Both the position numbers and the translations under genes were made by a program. A stretch of DNA of 54,285 nt, counting the filler, from Sluysia triapertura (Eukaryota), in NCBI GenBank assembly GCA_046118255.1. It is 4 parts of 4 records of this genome, joined end to end, with 100 filler letters (N's around TTAATTAATTAA, not from the genome) between each part and the next. Parts side by side here need not be neighbours in the genome. Positions count along the whole stretch, not along the records: positions 30,033 to 43,063 come from JBJNIA010064635.1; positions 43,164 to 54,285 come from JBJNIA010188576.1; 2 more parts are not named here. One strand, given 5' to 3'. The notes under the pieces were generated by a model that saw only the letters and a program-made list of their open reading frames with translations, had not been told where the DNA came from and did not search any database. Every line of letters starts with the position of its first letter. Positions within the stretch are counted from its first letter, which is position 1. Positions 40,331-53,715 of this stretch are shown here, piece by piece.

Positions 40331-43063
40331 CAATAAGGCAACTAGATTAATTCAATTTAATAAAGATTAAACAAAATTATATTTTTAATATTTTCTTAAA
40401 TTCAGAAAATAAGAAATTCGAGTTAATGAAAATTCAGAATAAAAAATAGTTTTAGAAGTAATTAATTGTTTCGAAAAATCGAATATAAAAATTTTGAAAA
40501 AATAGTTTGAAATGTTAATCTGTAATATACTCACCATGATTAAGCGCAACAAAATAATAAAAAACGAATGTGATGATTTCATAAAGTAACTAAAATAAAG
40601 AAAAACATGTAATCACCTGTGCATCGCCTCACTCGAATTTTTTCATCAAAAATACTTTGTTTAATCCAATTATAAACAATTGTTTTAGATGGACTTCCAA
40701 CATTATGTTGACTAAATATTAAATGCGTGTATATCAACAAAATAAATATTTATTTGCTTTATTTACCTCTAATATGAGCAAAGAAATAATTTTAACTTAA
40801 TGCATTGTTCTCTTTCATTTTCTGATATTTAATAAGTGCACTACCTGTACACTATTTACATGTTAATTTACATCTTAGTTTTACATGTTAGTTTACATTA
40901 AAAAACACAAGATTCAAAAGGTTCAGTTAATACCGTTTTGCTTTCACGTGGAATATCGATAATCAAAAGATTAACCTTTATTACTAAAAACCGCTATTCA
41001 GATCAAAAATGATATACACACTTTTCAGTCATAATTAATAGTAGTATCCGTAGAAGAAATAAGCTTTGATTTAGTAACATAAAAATATAAAGTATTATGA
41101 AATTTTGTTAATATTTTTACTAAACTATATCATTCAAATGTGTGTATGAACATTTTGATGTCAATATAAATGAAAAAACATTGTTTTCACATAACATGGT
41201 ATTAGAATACAAATAACAATTAATATGCGTAAATTCACAAAAGAAAATAAACTTGACACTTTCAAATTTCATACTTTAAAACTTAATTACAAGTTCATAG
41301 TATATTGTTTTGAATAATATCGTTATTTTATAACATAGTGTCTTTCGTGATAAGATATAATTTGAAGAACTGTTTAAAATTTTGAAGTAATTTAATGATT
41401 AGAAATATCTATACTCACTGTTTACATAAATATAATCTTAATTAATATTATGCCTATATCTTCACTCAATTAGTCACTAACTATAATGCTCGACAAATTA
41501 AAATAAACATTATTAAACAATTGAATGATTTGATATTAACTTAAATTACAATTATTTTAATAACAATCACAATACATAATATACAAAACCCATTACGAAT
41601 ATTCTTAAATTTAACAATTACTATCTTTACATCTCAAAATCAATATAGCAACTTGTTACATTGCGATAGACATGAAATTCAGTTTAAAACTATCTCCACT
41701 GTCAAGTTTAATCACTTTATATATTTCTCATTAAATTAGGATAAATAATTAAACTTAAGCAGCACCACACAAAGACACATTCCGTTATTTATTGATGTTA
41801 TGTGAAGACAAACAATTAGATAGTCAAATATTTTTTAGTTTTAAAATTCTATTAAATCTACAATTGTTTACCAGTTGTTCTGTTCAAAAAATATAATTCA
41901 GTAAGAAATTTAACGAAGCGGCGTCAGCTTTTCATGAATTTTGAAACTAGAGATCCTTGTTCACTACTTGCTCATTAAATACATCTGATAATGTAATAAG
42001 ACGTACGGTAATCTTAGAAGTCCTTTCAGCAATCATGGGCCTGGCTAAGTGAAAATCTTTCTACATACTGGACACAAAAGCAGAAAATAGTCTTCCAATA
42101 ACGAAGGCATTCGATCGTAACCAACAACTTCCCGAGTACCACCTTATTTAATAATTATTTTAAACCAGTAATTACAATATATTTAGAAGTAATTATACAA
42201 TTGATGAAATTTACCTTTCAAACAAAACTACGACACTATAAGTACATTACATTTACAAAACTATAAAATAATGTTCTTGTTTAAATAATACAATAAAAAT
42301 GATATAGTATATTTGAATATATTATGTGAAACAAATATTTGTCTAAAACCATAATTGACATTTATACGTATACAATGTTTCGTGCAATTTAATCATTTTT
42401 TAGGATTTTCTTTTTATAATTTTGATTTTTTATAAAATCTTATCATTAATGAATACTAAACTATAAGAACAAAAATTATTTACATTCGTAAATGAAATAG
42501 TATTGTCGGTGTCATCCAATATTTATTAGTGTGCAATGAATGTTAAAGTATAAAATTACACACCATTACTCTTTCTATAATAATTAATTTTAGTAACCTA
42601 AATTTTTCTATTCTGCAAACAAAGACAGTAATTTCATTTCATGTTAATTATACAGCCCATTATAGATTATACTGTTATAAAAAAATTGTATTATAGATTG
42701 AAACAATATACATTTGGCGGTAAAAATACCACTATTCTAGTTAACATAAAAACTACCTCAACATTAAATTGTTATGTAAAATTGTTTGACTCAATTGATA
42801 AATACACACTAAAAAATGTATCTTGATCATAAAGAACAGGATAAATTATGATATATATATATCAATAAACAATTTTACACATAATACGAAACATTACGTG
42901 ATGCATGTAAAAGTGTTTTCTTTACTCGTAAATAGATACATGATCAACTAAGTCACACAATATACATAATTAATTCGTTTCGTACGTATTTTAGAATATC
43001 AAAATAAATTAATAAGTATTATTATTTCTCATCAAATTAGTTTGATTGACTATATTTACACTT

Positions 43064-43163
43064 NNNNNNNNNNNNNNNNNNNNNNNNNNNNNNNNNNNNN
43101 NNNNNNNTTAATTAATTAANNNNNNNNNNNNNNNNNNNNNNNNNNNNNNNNNNNNNNNNNNNN
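43064..43163. other. Artificial contig spacer
   Basis: 44 N + TTAATTAATTAA + 44 N. Confidence 0.97.
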
Positions 43164-44272
43164 ATTTATTTTAAAAACCAATATTTGACTTTTACCACAC
43201 AAACTAAATGCACTAATTTCGCAAGTGTTTTTATTTTTTTTGTTAATTAAATAATATTTAAAAAATAGGTATAAATAGGTATGGAAAATTCCTGGTATAT
43301 CTAGTGTTAAGAAAAACCACAGCAACATACTGACTATTTTATTTATTTAAGGTTTCTTTAAGCTAATCAAGTTAATATTGAGTCGTAATAACTAATAATT
43401 TTAAAGACGCAACATAATTACAAAAGTAATATTAATCAAAACACAATGCATAAATTAAACCATGGATGACGAAACCGTCATAAATGCTAGTACACACCAT
43501 TATTATAAATTTAGATTTAACGCGACTGCTTAAATTCAGTGTACCTTTAAACAATATTTTGTTAAAATATATTTTAATCAAACTCTGAAGAGAAATTTCC
43601 CCACATACTAAAGAATGTTACTTAATACTCTTATGTACTACTTAAAATATTAGTCTTTTATATAACACATTGCTAGATCCTTGAAAGTTTAACATAATTT
43701 ATGTGCTTTTGAATACGCGGTTAATATCTTTGAGTATTGCCTAAATTTAATACTTAAAATTCAATATTAATATACATTGTATTTCCGTTAATCGCTAGCA
43801 TTCATAATTGGAAAAGTACATCAATTTAAATTTAGAAATTTGGTCTATAAAATTTGGACCTATCAATAAAAAGTAATACTGTAAGTTAACGATGCGTCAT
43901 AACATTTGAATATATTATCAAACTTTCATGCAGCATTTGTATTTAACATGCATAACATTAGTCATTTCATTTATGCATTTATTTACAATGCCCTTTCACT
44001 TTTTCAAACATAAAGTAATTGCATTTAAGATATAATAAGTAATTATTAATTAATAAAGAGGACAATGTGTATTACTACAGCGTGGTGTAATAAGAATACA
44101 AAAGATACAAATAAAAATGATTCTCACAGCCAATTTTATGTTACAAAATTAAAGCCGATCCAATATTAATAATAATAGTAGTAATAATGATTAATAATAA
44201 TAATAAAAATAAAAAATAAAAAATAATAATAATAACAAGTCTAAGTTGATGTTAAAATTATTGAATGCCCAA

Positions 44273-44452
44273 TCAAACTGATTGACTTAAATCATTTGGA
44301 GACATATATGAAGCAGATTTGATTTGCGAAGGTGGGTTATTAGCAGTTATTCCACTCATAAAATCGTTTTCTCCATCGTAATTAAAAGGTGTTGCTTTAA
44401 GTTCATTATATAACTCGCATTTGTATGAATAAGCACCAATTAAAAAAGATAC
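44273..44452 (-). CDS. Putative terminal exon of an unidentified gene (59 aa)
   Basis: Acceptor tttttaag| followed by an open frame VSFLIGAYSYKCELYNELKATPFNYDGENDFMSG...LSQSV-TGA with raised GC content. Confidence 0.4.
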   Translation of the reverse strand, partial: VSFLIGAYSYKCELYNELKATPFNYDGENDFMSGITANNPPSQIKSASYMSPNDLSQSV

Positions 44453-46099
44453 CTTAAAAATAATAATATAAACATTTACAATAGAAGATTATTCTGGTTT
44501 TATTTAAATTCGTACTCAGATTCGGACAAAATCATATGCATTTGACCTAGAGTGTTTTTTATGTGAATTGATCATTAAATACCAGAATTACTTATCTAGA
44601 TTATTTGTTTTTCTCTTAGTGTTACTTATTTGTGATGTAATAAATTTTAAAATATAGTCGAAATTCAAACATATTCCAAATAATCAAATGTCATAATTCA
44701 TAGTGGGCCAGCAAAAATAAACCATCAAAGCCTTCATTGCACACGAAAACATTTTTTCTTTTATTATACTTTTATAATTCATTTATTTATTGTATATTTG
44801 TTTATATTTCGATCTTATTATTATAAGAAATTCGCAGTAATTAATTACGATCAATATCCAATTCAACTGCTATAGAAATATTCGAAACAATTATTATCTA
44901 ATCGAGATACCTTCACACCACTTGTATTTGCGTGTATGTTAGATTTTTGTTTATAAATTTGCGTACAATTAAAATAGTACTAAAATCCACTCCAATTTTG
45001 TAACAACAATTTTAAAAATGTCGGCGAAATCAACCTAAATTGAATTAATTTGTAAAACCGTACATATTCTCATCAATCAAAATTGTAATATAACTTCGGT
45101 ATTATTTAATTATTGAACCATATCCAAATTATTAATTATCTGCACTCCTTTCAACAAAAATATTTCAAAGAGACTAAAAAAATTACGAGGAACGTGATTA
45201 ATTTTTATAAGTTTAAATTTGTAAAACAAATCGATTTCATTGTTTTCTCAATTGACTCGGAAAATAACCACTGCACACCCTATTTTAAATAAAGATTTGG
45301 AATCATTGTTTAATCAACCTCGTGTAAACAAAAAATTCAGTTACATAACGAGTAACATAACTAGAACCAATCTTACTGTAAGTTAACATTTAAAGCTTTC
45401 TCAAGATTGACATCAAGTTTAGTAGAGACACTACATTGGACGAATAATTTGATCTCCATAATCTTAAAATAAAAATTTTTTATAAAAAATATTTGAACGA
45501 ACCGTTAAGCTTGTAAGTCTCGAATCGCAGGCGAGATTTATGAATTTAAGTTAAGCACATTTAAGTTTTGATCCCCTGTGATTTTAAGTTGATATTCTGG
45601 TTTAAGTTTCATTTGAATAAGAATATTATATTGTTGATATTATATGTTCAAGGCAAGCTTTAAAACATAAGAAAAATATAAAAGCATTTAGGGTAACTTA
45701 ATATAATCTTTAAAATATTAAACAATCTTAGCATTAGAATCTGACGTTATATTTGTTTTGTATTTTTTGTTATTGCTAATCTCTATGTTTACATAATTTT
45801 TAATAAAATTTATGTCGCTCGTGTGTATGATTTTACAAATTAGTTTTAATTTAAATAATGGTATTACTGCACTTATGTTTGATTAAATTGAGTGCACATT
45901 AATATAGCGACAATATATTTACGTATTATTATATAGTTAGGCACTCATATTTTAAAGTATTTATAAATTTTTGTTGAAATCTTAGAAGCTGCCTAGCATT
46001 AGTTCGTTAGTCAATTCAACTACTATAGGCAATCCAATTATTAGTTTAAATTCAAAACTATACTAGCATATTTAGAGTAAGATTCAAGATAATATAGGT

Positions 46100-47420
46100 G
46101 ATACGATCCGCAATAATTGTGGTATTAATAACAAGGACATTGGACTAGGAACTGTGGAATCTTGAATAAAGAATTTGTAATCGGTTGTCAGAGAGGAACA
46201 TTTAAATGGTGCACCAAAACAATATCAGGATTCTCTGGATGCCTTCGGTGGTATTCTCGACACTATCAACAACACCGCTATAATTAGGCCCAAAACTTCC
46301 AACGAAATCACTGATTATTAGCGATTACACTGGCATAGAAAGATTTGGCTTTCATTTCTATTGCCTTTATAATATTTGCAATAATGTCGCAATATGCTTT
46401 ATGTAAGCATTTAACTTTTAAAAGATTATTGCTTCAAAGAGATGAAGATGATAGAAGATGATAAAACAAGAATAGTATTGATAAAATGTAAAAGGAAAGT
46501 GTATAATAAACATAAACACACGCATACAAACAAGAAATGAAAAGGTAAAGTGATGTGACAAAAATAAAATTATGATAACAATTATGAGATTAAACTTTAA
46601 TAAAATTATTATACAGTTTAAAGTGATAATGTTGATAGAGTTATGAGAATATTACATTATTATGAGAATTATTATTGTGATAGAAATTATCATAACCAAT
46701 GATAATTATACACTATGTCTATGTTTATGTTTTGAATGAATCGAGTAATTTATTTAGTGTTTTGCTTATGTAAGAAATGTTCATATGTGATGAAATGTGT
46801 TTGTGATTTTGATGTGAAAATGTGGAGTTCACTATAATAATGATAATTGTACCGAAAATAATAAGGATTTTGATGATATTGACTATATAATTGATTTAAA
46901 TGATAAAGCAATTGAAAACGAATGTTTTTAAGATCCGGTAAGCCAAGAAAAGTTGCCTGAAATAATATAGCTATTCCGTTTATATAAGTAAAATTATTTC
47001 TGGTAGCACAAGCGATGAAATTAATTTAGATGAAAAAAATTTAATCCGTTCACTTCCCACACGGCTCATATTTGAATCATTCGTTTTTAACAGACCAGCG
47101 ACTCATATTTGGGACGATGACATAGGCATAATAGTTATTGTATAATTTCGCATCGAGGTTTATAGCAATTCCATTAATATTGGGAGCTACAAATCACATT
47201 TGTGATGCATTATCTCAGGTTATGGCTTGTTTATAGGTTGTGTTAATGTTTACATGTGGTGCATGAAATGTTAACATTTAGACAGTACATTTCAAATAAA
47301 GCAGTCAATTATCTTGTACGTTGTCCACATCTTTCAAAGTAATTACGATCCACAACTTAAACCATTATTTACCATAAATATGTGGTGTAATGATTTGATA
47401 CCACGCATAATTAAACTAGC
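46100..47420 (+). pseudogene. Decayed gypsy gag/pol relic
   Basis: NNCGIK*QGHWTRNC (zinc-knuckle relic) near 46110-46160, and GATNHICDALSQ ~ G..N..ADALSR near 47185-47220. Confidence 0.45.
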
Positions 47421-48039
47421 ATAAATTTACTAGAAAAAAATTTGGTTAAAAAATTCAAGTTATTTAAACAATCAATCGGTATAAAGCTTTATAAGAAAAT
47501 TTATTGAAATCATTGAAAACTAATTGATCATTTTAAATCTTTAATATTTTCAACTGCGATTTTAAATAGGCAGATAAAATATGTATAAAATAAATCAATT
47601 GCTATTTAAAGAATTGAACTTCTTCTTTAAATAAGTAAAATATATTTTATATTCATTTTGTCAACATTTTTGTGTATCTTACTTTTATTTAGGAGATTAT
47701 TTGTTAGTTATATTAACCATCCGAAACAACAACACCATTTTGAAATCATATTTAAATAATTAATTAATCATAGATAATTAAATTCCAGGATATTATTTTA
47801 AAATATGGCATTTTTAAATTCACAAAATCATTAGTTGTTATAAAGTATTGAGTGATATTTGCTAGTAATATAACTATCCATGCATAAATACGTTCTCATT
47901 AAGAACTTAATTATTCATCTCCACTTCGTTACGAAAACTATTTATAAATCATGTGAACACGCCATTTGTTGTAAGTTTTGGATCACAGGCAAACTCTACT
48001 AAGTAATTTCTTTTTAATTATAATAGGAGTCTTTCTGAA

Positions 48040-49080
48040 TTAACACATTGAGGACGGATGACGTAAATTGACGTTATTTGGAATTTCAAGGAACATCATA
48101 TAAAAATTGCAATAAAAATTGAATAAAACATTACAAAGAAGGATTGTTGTTAAAGACAAACAAGTGATTAAGGTGTGTGTATTTGTATTCAATTCAGTGT
48201 TATACTTAATTTAAATCGTTACAAAATTTTAGTGAGAATTTTTAATGAGATCAATCATTGTGTAATACTTTCCAACCGAATATTTAAAAATAAAAAATGT
48301 TATTCTCTAATCGAATTTCTAAAATAAATCATATTCTAAATGCTCTAATCTCAAACTTTTACAGAAAGTAATGCTCTCATCTAATGTTTGAAAATATGTT
48401 ATGAAAAACGAATGCTTGTACTTGTTATAATAAACGAATATTACTTGAATGTTTGCATAATACTTTGAAAATCTAATCGAATGTTGGTTTAAAAATTTAA
48501 AATGTAAATGAATGATTGTAAGAATTTGTATAAACTAAGATAATGAGCCACATTAAAAAATTAATGAATAGTATGATGATTTATTTGGAGTTTATTTAAA
48601 ATAAATAGTTAAAAGAAAAATCGAGTGATGGTTAAGTAATGTGAAACCGAATAAATTATTCTAATGTTAAATGTACTACATAATGTAGCAATGTACAAAA
48701 ACAATGTAAAAAATACTCATAAAAATACTAATAATTGTAAATACAATTGCATGTAATGTTTGACTGAAATGCTTAATTGTCCAAGAAACTGTTTGGTGCT
48801 CGAATGTTAATCGAATCATTCTTATGAGATTATATAGATATAATGAAATCAAAATTCAGGCATTAAACTGAATTATTATGATTAATTAGGAGAATAAAAT
48901 CATCTTAATTTGAGATTGTATAGAAATAGTATGAAATCTAAATTTATAAACATTAAACTTCAATGAAATCATTCTAAATTAAGATTAGTATGAAAATATA
49001 AAGTGTGTGAATAATAATAAAAATAAAAAAATAATCAATATGAAATTCTCAAAAGCCTGACGGTACAATATGCAGTTAAA
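48040..49080 (+). mobile_element. Possible piggyBac-like relic
   Basis: The left end TTAA-CACATTGAGGACGGATGACGTAAATTGACGT is piggyBac-like. A Cys-rich tail relic (QETVWCSN) lies near 48785. The right TIR match is poor. Confidence 0.3.
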
Positions 49081-49500
49081 TTGTGTGATAAATATCTAAT
49101 AATAATAAGTATAGATTGGTATTGAATAAATATACTCTGATGCATATAGTTTATATTTGTATCTGATGTATTGGAATTAAATAACTAAATAGTTTAATAA
49201 TAGTTCGATGCAATAATATTCTTATATAAAACCTAAGTTATTAGAACATTAAAATTTTTATGTATACCGATATATGTAATAATAATAACGTATGAATAAT
49301 TAAAAGTTATCAGAACATTAAAATTTTGTTTGAACTAAATTTATATAAATAGCGGAGAATAGAAAATAAAAATTCACAAAAAATTTATTATCGAAAAGTT
49401 AAGATAGTTTATACAAACTATGACACGGTTAAATTCTGCAGCACAATCTGCTACATTTTTGAAAAATTCATATCGCTGATGGACGATAACTATATTATAC

Positions 49501-49656
49501 TGTTGGGGTAAAAGGCTTAAAAGTGCTATTTGGTAAAATTGAATATAATAAAATAAAAATTCTTAGACGGGCCTGATAGCTCAGTGGTAGAGCATTCGAA
49601 CTGAGCAGCGATGGTCCCGGGTTCGATACCCGGTCAGTCCATTTTGTAAACTTAAT
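49501..49656 (+). mobile_element. tRNA-like cassette copy 4 (core ~49569-49641)
   Basis: Start TGTTGGGGTAAAAGGC is identical to copy 3. Intact A box, B box and T-arm (CCGGG TTCGATA CCCGG). The right end is degenerate. Confidence 0.7.
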
Positions 49657-49689
49657 TCTGAATTCAATAAATCGTTTAAATTTTCATTT

Positions 49690-51720
49690 AAATCCTTGCC
49701 ATGTGTCATATTAGATAAAAATTCTTCAACTTTTTGATTAACTTCTTTCGTTTCCGGGTATATTTATTTTATCGTTAGCAGCTATTATTATTGATCCCAT
49801 TTCTTCTATTTCCATCTCTTCTGTGGCACGGCAATAGGCATCTTCATTATCTGTTTCTATTTCTTCTGCTTGCATTTCTTCATCATCTGTTTTATTAAAG
49901 ATATTTTCTATATCTGTTTCCACTTCTTGATCATCACTTAATTCTGAGTTATTTTGTTGATCTTCTTGTTTTGTCTCTTCTTTTGTTTAACTTGATTCTA
50001 TACTTGAATCGATTCGGTATTTGATTCTTCTACTTCATCATTACTTTCTATTCCTTTATAAACTGACTTATCTAAGTCTGGTTTCTTCATCTTTCCTTCC
50101 CATTTGTCAATTAATTCTTGAATCCTTCTTTTATCTTCATTTGATATTACTTCTTTTATCTCCTTTATTTGTTCATGCTTTCTTCTGATGGTTGTTCTAA
50201 TAATTCTCGAATTCTAACCTGAATTGGTTGAATGATTAGTCTATTTTCTTCTTTTTCTCGTTCTTTTTGTTTATCTTTTTGAAATTCTAAATATCTATCA
50301 TACATAAAACTCATAAAAATTTCTTTTTCTTGTTTGTTCTTAAATCTATCTTTGTCACAATCCAATCCAGTAATATAGAATTCTCGTAGCATTGCATTCT
50401 TTTCTTCGTCTGAGATTAACTTCATCACTACTTGTTTCTCTTCTGGATTGTCATCTACTTCTACTTTCTTTATGTTCTTCATCTTCATATTCATTTTCAT
50501 CATAATCTTTTTGGCTTCTATAATTGCAATTAACCTGTCCTTTTCTATTATTATTATCATCATCATAATATAACTTTACTTTCCTATTTGGGCTTTGGTA
50601 TTGTCCCCTTATCTTATTAAAATCCTGAGTGAATACATTTTGTCTTAACTTCCTACAATCTTTTGCATAATATCCTTTTTTATTACAGTTATCACAGATT
50701 AATTCTCCATCAATATTAGTTTGAGTCTTATTATTATTATTATCATATCTTGTTGGGCTTTTACTCCTATTCCTATTAAAACTAGAACTTGGTGACCATT
50801 TCGGTGCTGGTTTCTGTTCATAATTAGAAGCACCATAATTTCTTTCTCTATTATTCTGGAATCCTCTGTTATTATTCTAAAATTATTTGAGTTACCCCTG
50901 TAATTGTTCGAACTGTTTCTTCTATAATTACCTCTAAAATTTCTGTAATTATCATTGCCTCTAATTATTTGAATTATTATTGCCTCTATGTCGTTCCTGA
51001 CTATAGTTATTATCATTATATTCTTCATAATTAGATTTATTATCATAATTATTTCTTGTTAATTTCGGCTTTTATCTCCCTTTTCTTCATTATCACTTAT
51101 ATAATCAATATTCTTATTTTTCTTATGCATAATTGAGCGTTCAATGCTCCTTAATATTTTAATTACTTCTTTAAAAGGTTTTTCTTCTATTAAGTTAACA
51201 TAAGTTATTAATTCAGGTCGTAATCCAGTTTTTGATTTATCTTTTAATGTTAATTCTCTATTACCTTCTGGAATTTTGGCTCCAGCAACAAAGCTTTTAA
51301 GAGCGCAAGCATATTTATATACATATTCATTAGGTTTTTGTACTCTAGTATTGAGCATTTTTGCATAATATTTACCCATATCACCAAGGACTATTTCTTC
51401 TGTAAATGAATTAACGAATTCATTCCAAGTTTGCTTATCACTTATTTCTTTATGTCTGGATAACTACTCTAGTAAGGTAATTTTGGATCCGTTTTATTTT
51501 CTCGGCTTCATTCCAGCCGTTGGCTTCTGCTATACTATCATATTCAAATAAGAAATCGCTGAGATCTTCCTCTGCTCCGTCAAATTTTTTCATTTCATGT
51601 AAAGACATTGGACGCATTTCTCTGGCTAATTGTGCCATATATTCTTTAAATTCATTATGTAAAGCCATATAATTTCTTAATTTTGATCTGTAATCTTCTG
51701 GAAATACAATTTGCTTATCT
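49690..51720 (-). pseudogene. Ty3/gypsy-like gag pseudogene with a long charged C-terminal extension
   Basis: KKFDGAEEDLSDFLFEYDSIAEANGWNEAEK; RVQKPNEYVYKYACALK...GLRPEL; NYRGN repeats; zinc knuckle ICDNCNKKGYYAKDC (50655-50699). Frameshifted, and no protease or RT was seen. Confidence 0.85.
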
Positions 51721-51982
51721 ATTTTTCTTAAAGTTTACTAAATCTATCAATAATCAACTTAGGGAGTAATAATTTTACTTAAATTTAACTTATTCTCAGT
51801 GATATCTTAATACAATACCGTGCTTAATTCTCAATATTATTCAATAATAATCCTTAGATTCTTCTTAAAGACTTGATTTTTATGTCAGTTATATTGCAAA
51901 ATCTTCTAAATATGTTAATTCTTAAATTCTTTTTAATTCCTCTAAAAATCTTATTTGCTTTATATTATTATATCGATACTAG

Positions 51983-52000
51983 CCCTCACTTTATGCACCA
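51983..52000 (-). promoter_or_regulatory. Primer-binding site (tRNA-Leu-like)
   Basis: TGGTGCATAAAGTGAGGG lies 10 bp after the LTR end (...TCTCACA) and resembles the Leu PBS TGGTGTCAGAAGTGGG. Confidence 0.55.
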
Positions 52001-52010
52001 GTTTATTCTA

Positions 52011-52365
52011 TGTGAGAAAAGTGAAGCAGTAGAATAAAAGAAGTTAAGTATGCGAGTCCACCAACGTACTAGACTTACTGTTTGGGTCAGCCGTTGGATT
52101 TTTATAAGATAAGTGCAAAAGAAAAATGAGGTTTTCTGTAATGTCTCTTGTCTGAAGGAAGATATTTTCAGGATTTTAATTTGAGTTACTAAATAATTTG
52201 AGTTATATATTTTACGAATGATTCCCTTATATGGAATCGATAAATGAAAAATTTACGTTCTAGAATTAAATTCTAGATTTTTGAAAACAACAAATGAGAT
52301 TTTAATAGATTTTATAACTATCTAAGTTGAAAAGATCGTAATACGAAAAATTCCTTTATTATACA
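52011..52365 (-). repeat. 5' LTR of the gag element (outer boundary uncertain)
   Basis: Ends in CA next to the PBS and is homologous to 38066-38139. Confidence 0.55.
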
Positions 52366-53099
52366 CCAAAAATGTAAAAATTATACAAATACAGTTAATA
52401 ATAGTGGTGAAAAGTTACTTTAATTAACTATTGTTAGTTAATTATGTTTAATTTAAGTTTGAAGGATTTTACCACGGATCTTTATAAGATCCAAATTATG
52501 AACACAATATATTTTTCTTGTGATATAAAATGTATATCAATTCTTATAAATAATTAAACTAACGTCACTCAATAAAGACTGTCTTTTATAATCTGATTTG
52601 ATCTAAGAGGTCTATTTCAATCTTGTACGAAACCGTTTGCGTGCCTAACCAAAATCTTGTTTTAAAAATTTTGTTGTGTTTTGTCGTTAAAAATACTCAT
52701 TTAAATACTTGCTTTAGTCCGACCTTGGTCATACTAAAACAAATATCAAAACATTAAAATATTAAAACAAATATTAGGTTTAGTGACGTTAATTTATTAA
52801 TTTGAAATTACATAGTTGAAATTTAATAATTTTAATAAATTACAAATTAGAATTAATACATTGCATAATTAAAATTCAATAATTACAAATTATAATAAAT
52901 GATTAAAATAAAGTACCTTTAAAATATTATGTCCAAAAAATTATATCCAAAAATTAATCAATTTACAAAATAAATGTTTTTAAATCAATAAATTAAATTA
53001 TTATAAATGTCAACAAATAAATAGAGTTAAAGTTCGAATTCTTGTGTATGGTTATAACGATGTATTACAATCAAAAGAGAGATTGCTAATACTTTTGCT

Positions 53100-53640
53100 A
53101 TAATAACTGATTCTTCATAAATGAACTATTTTTTCTTTCATCGATTTTAACTCATTTTCATTTGATTGTGTTTTTATTGGCAGATTCATTAACTTCTTTT
53201 ATTTGTTGAATTTCCTGGTTGACTTTGTCCATTTTCCTTTTTATTATTTTTGCTCTTTTTTAGAAGATTTTTTACATGGTTGTCTTTTATATACTTCTTT
53301 TTTATTTTTATCATTTTAAAGTTTTGATTCTGGAACAGTACCCCTTGGTTTATCTTGTACTATTGATAAATCTTCACCATACATTTTTTGATTTCTAATT
53401 TATGATTAATTTCTGCATCAGAAATAACACCGTTCGTTTTCTCATTTCCTAAACTATTATCTTATTATATTACAACTTCTTTCGCATCTTCTGCTTTGCT
53501 ATTTCCTTGATTATTTTCAACAAGTGCTATGATTCGTTTATCAGTTTTTATTTATTTAAATTTGGTTCGTGATTTATTTTATTCATTTCTTTATTTTCAT
53601 CTTTTATTTCTTCAGTTTTTGTCAATTTTATCTTCCTATT
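53100..53640 (-). pseudogene. Decayed K/E-rich ORF, possibly related to the gag extension at ~50.5 kb
   Basis: KTDKRIIALVEN ~ EKDRLIAIIEA, with the same purine-rich minus-strand bias. Confidence 0.3.
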
Positions 53641-53679
53641 TTATTAATTCCCACTTCTTTATTATTATTATTATTATTA

Positions 53680-53715
<36 letters not shown>

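Noticed and set aside
49569-49641. Functional tRNA genes (including a suppressor for the TAG)
   Set aside because: No canonical anticodon arm and no CTA anticodon in any of the four copies, and the copies are mutually diverged.
49501-49656. tRNA cassette as the 3' LTR of the gag element
   Set aside because: It does not match the 5' LTR at 52011+, and there is no polypurine tract next to it.
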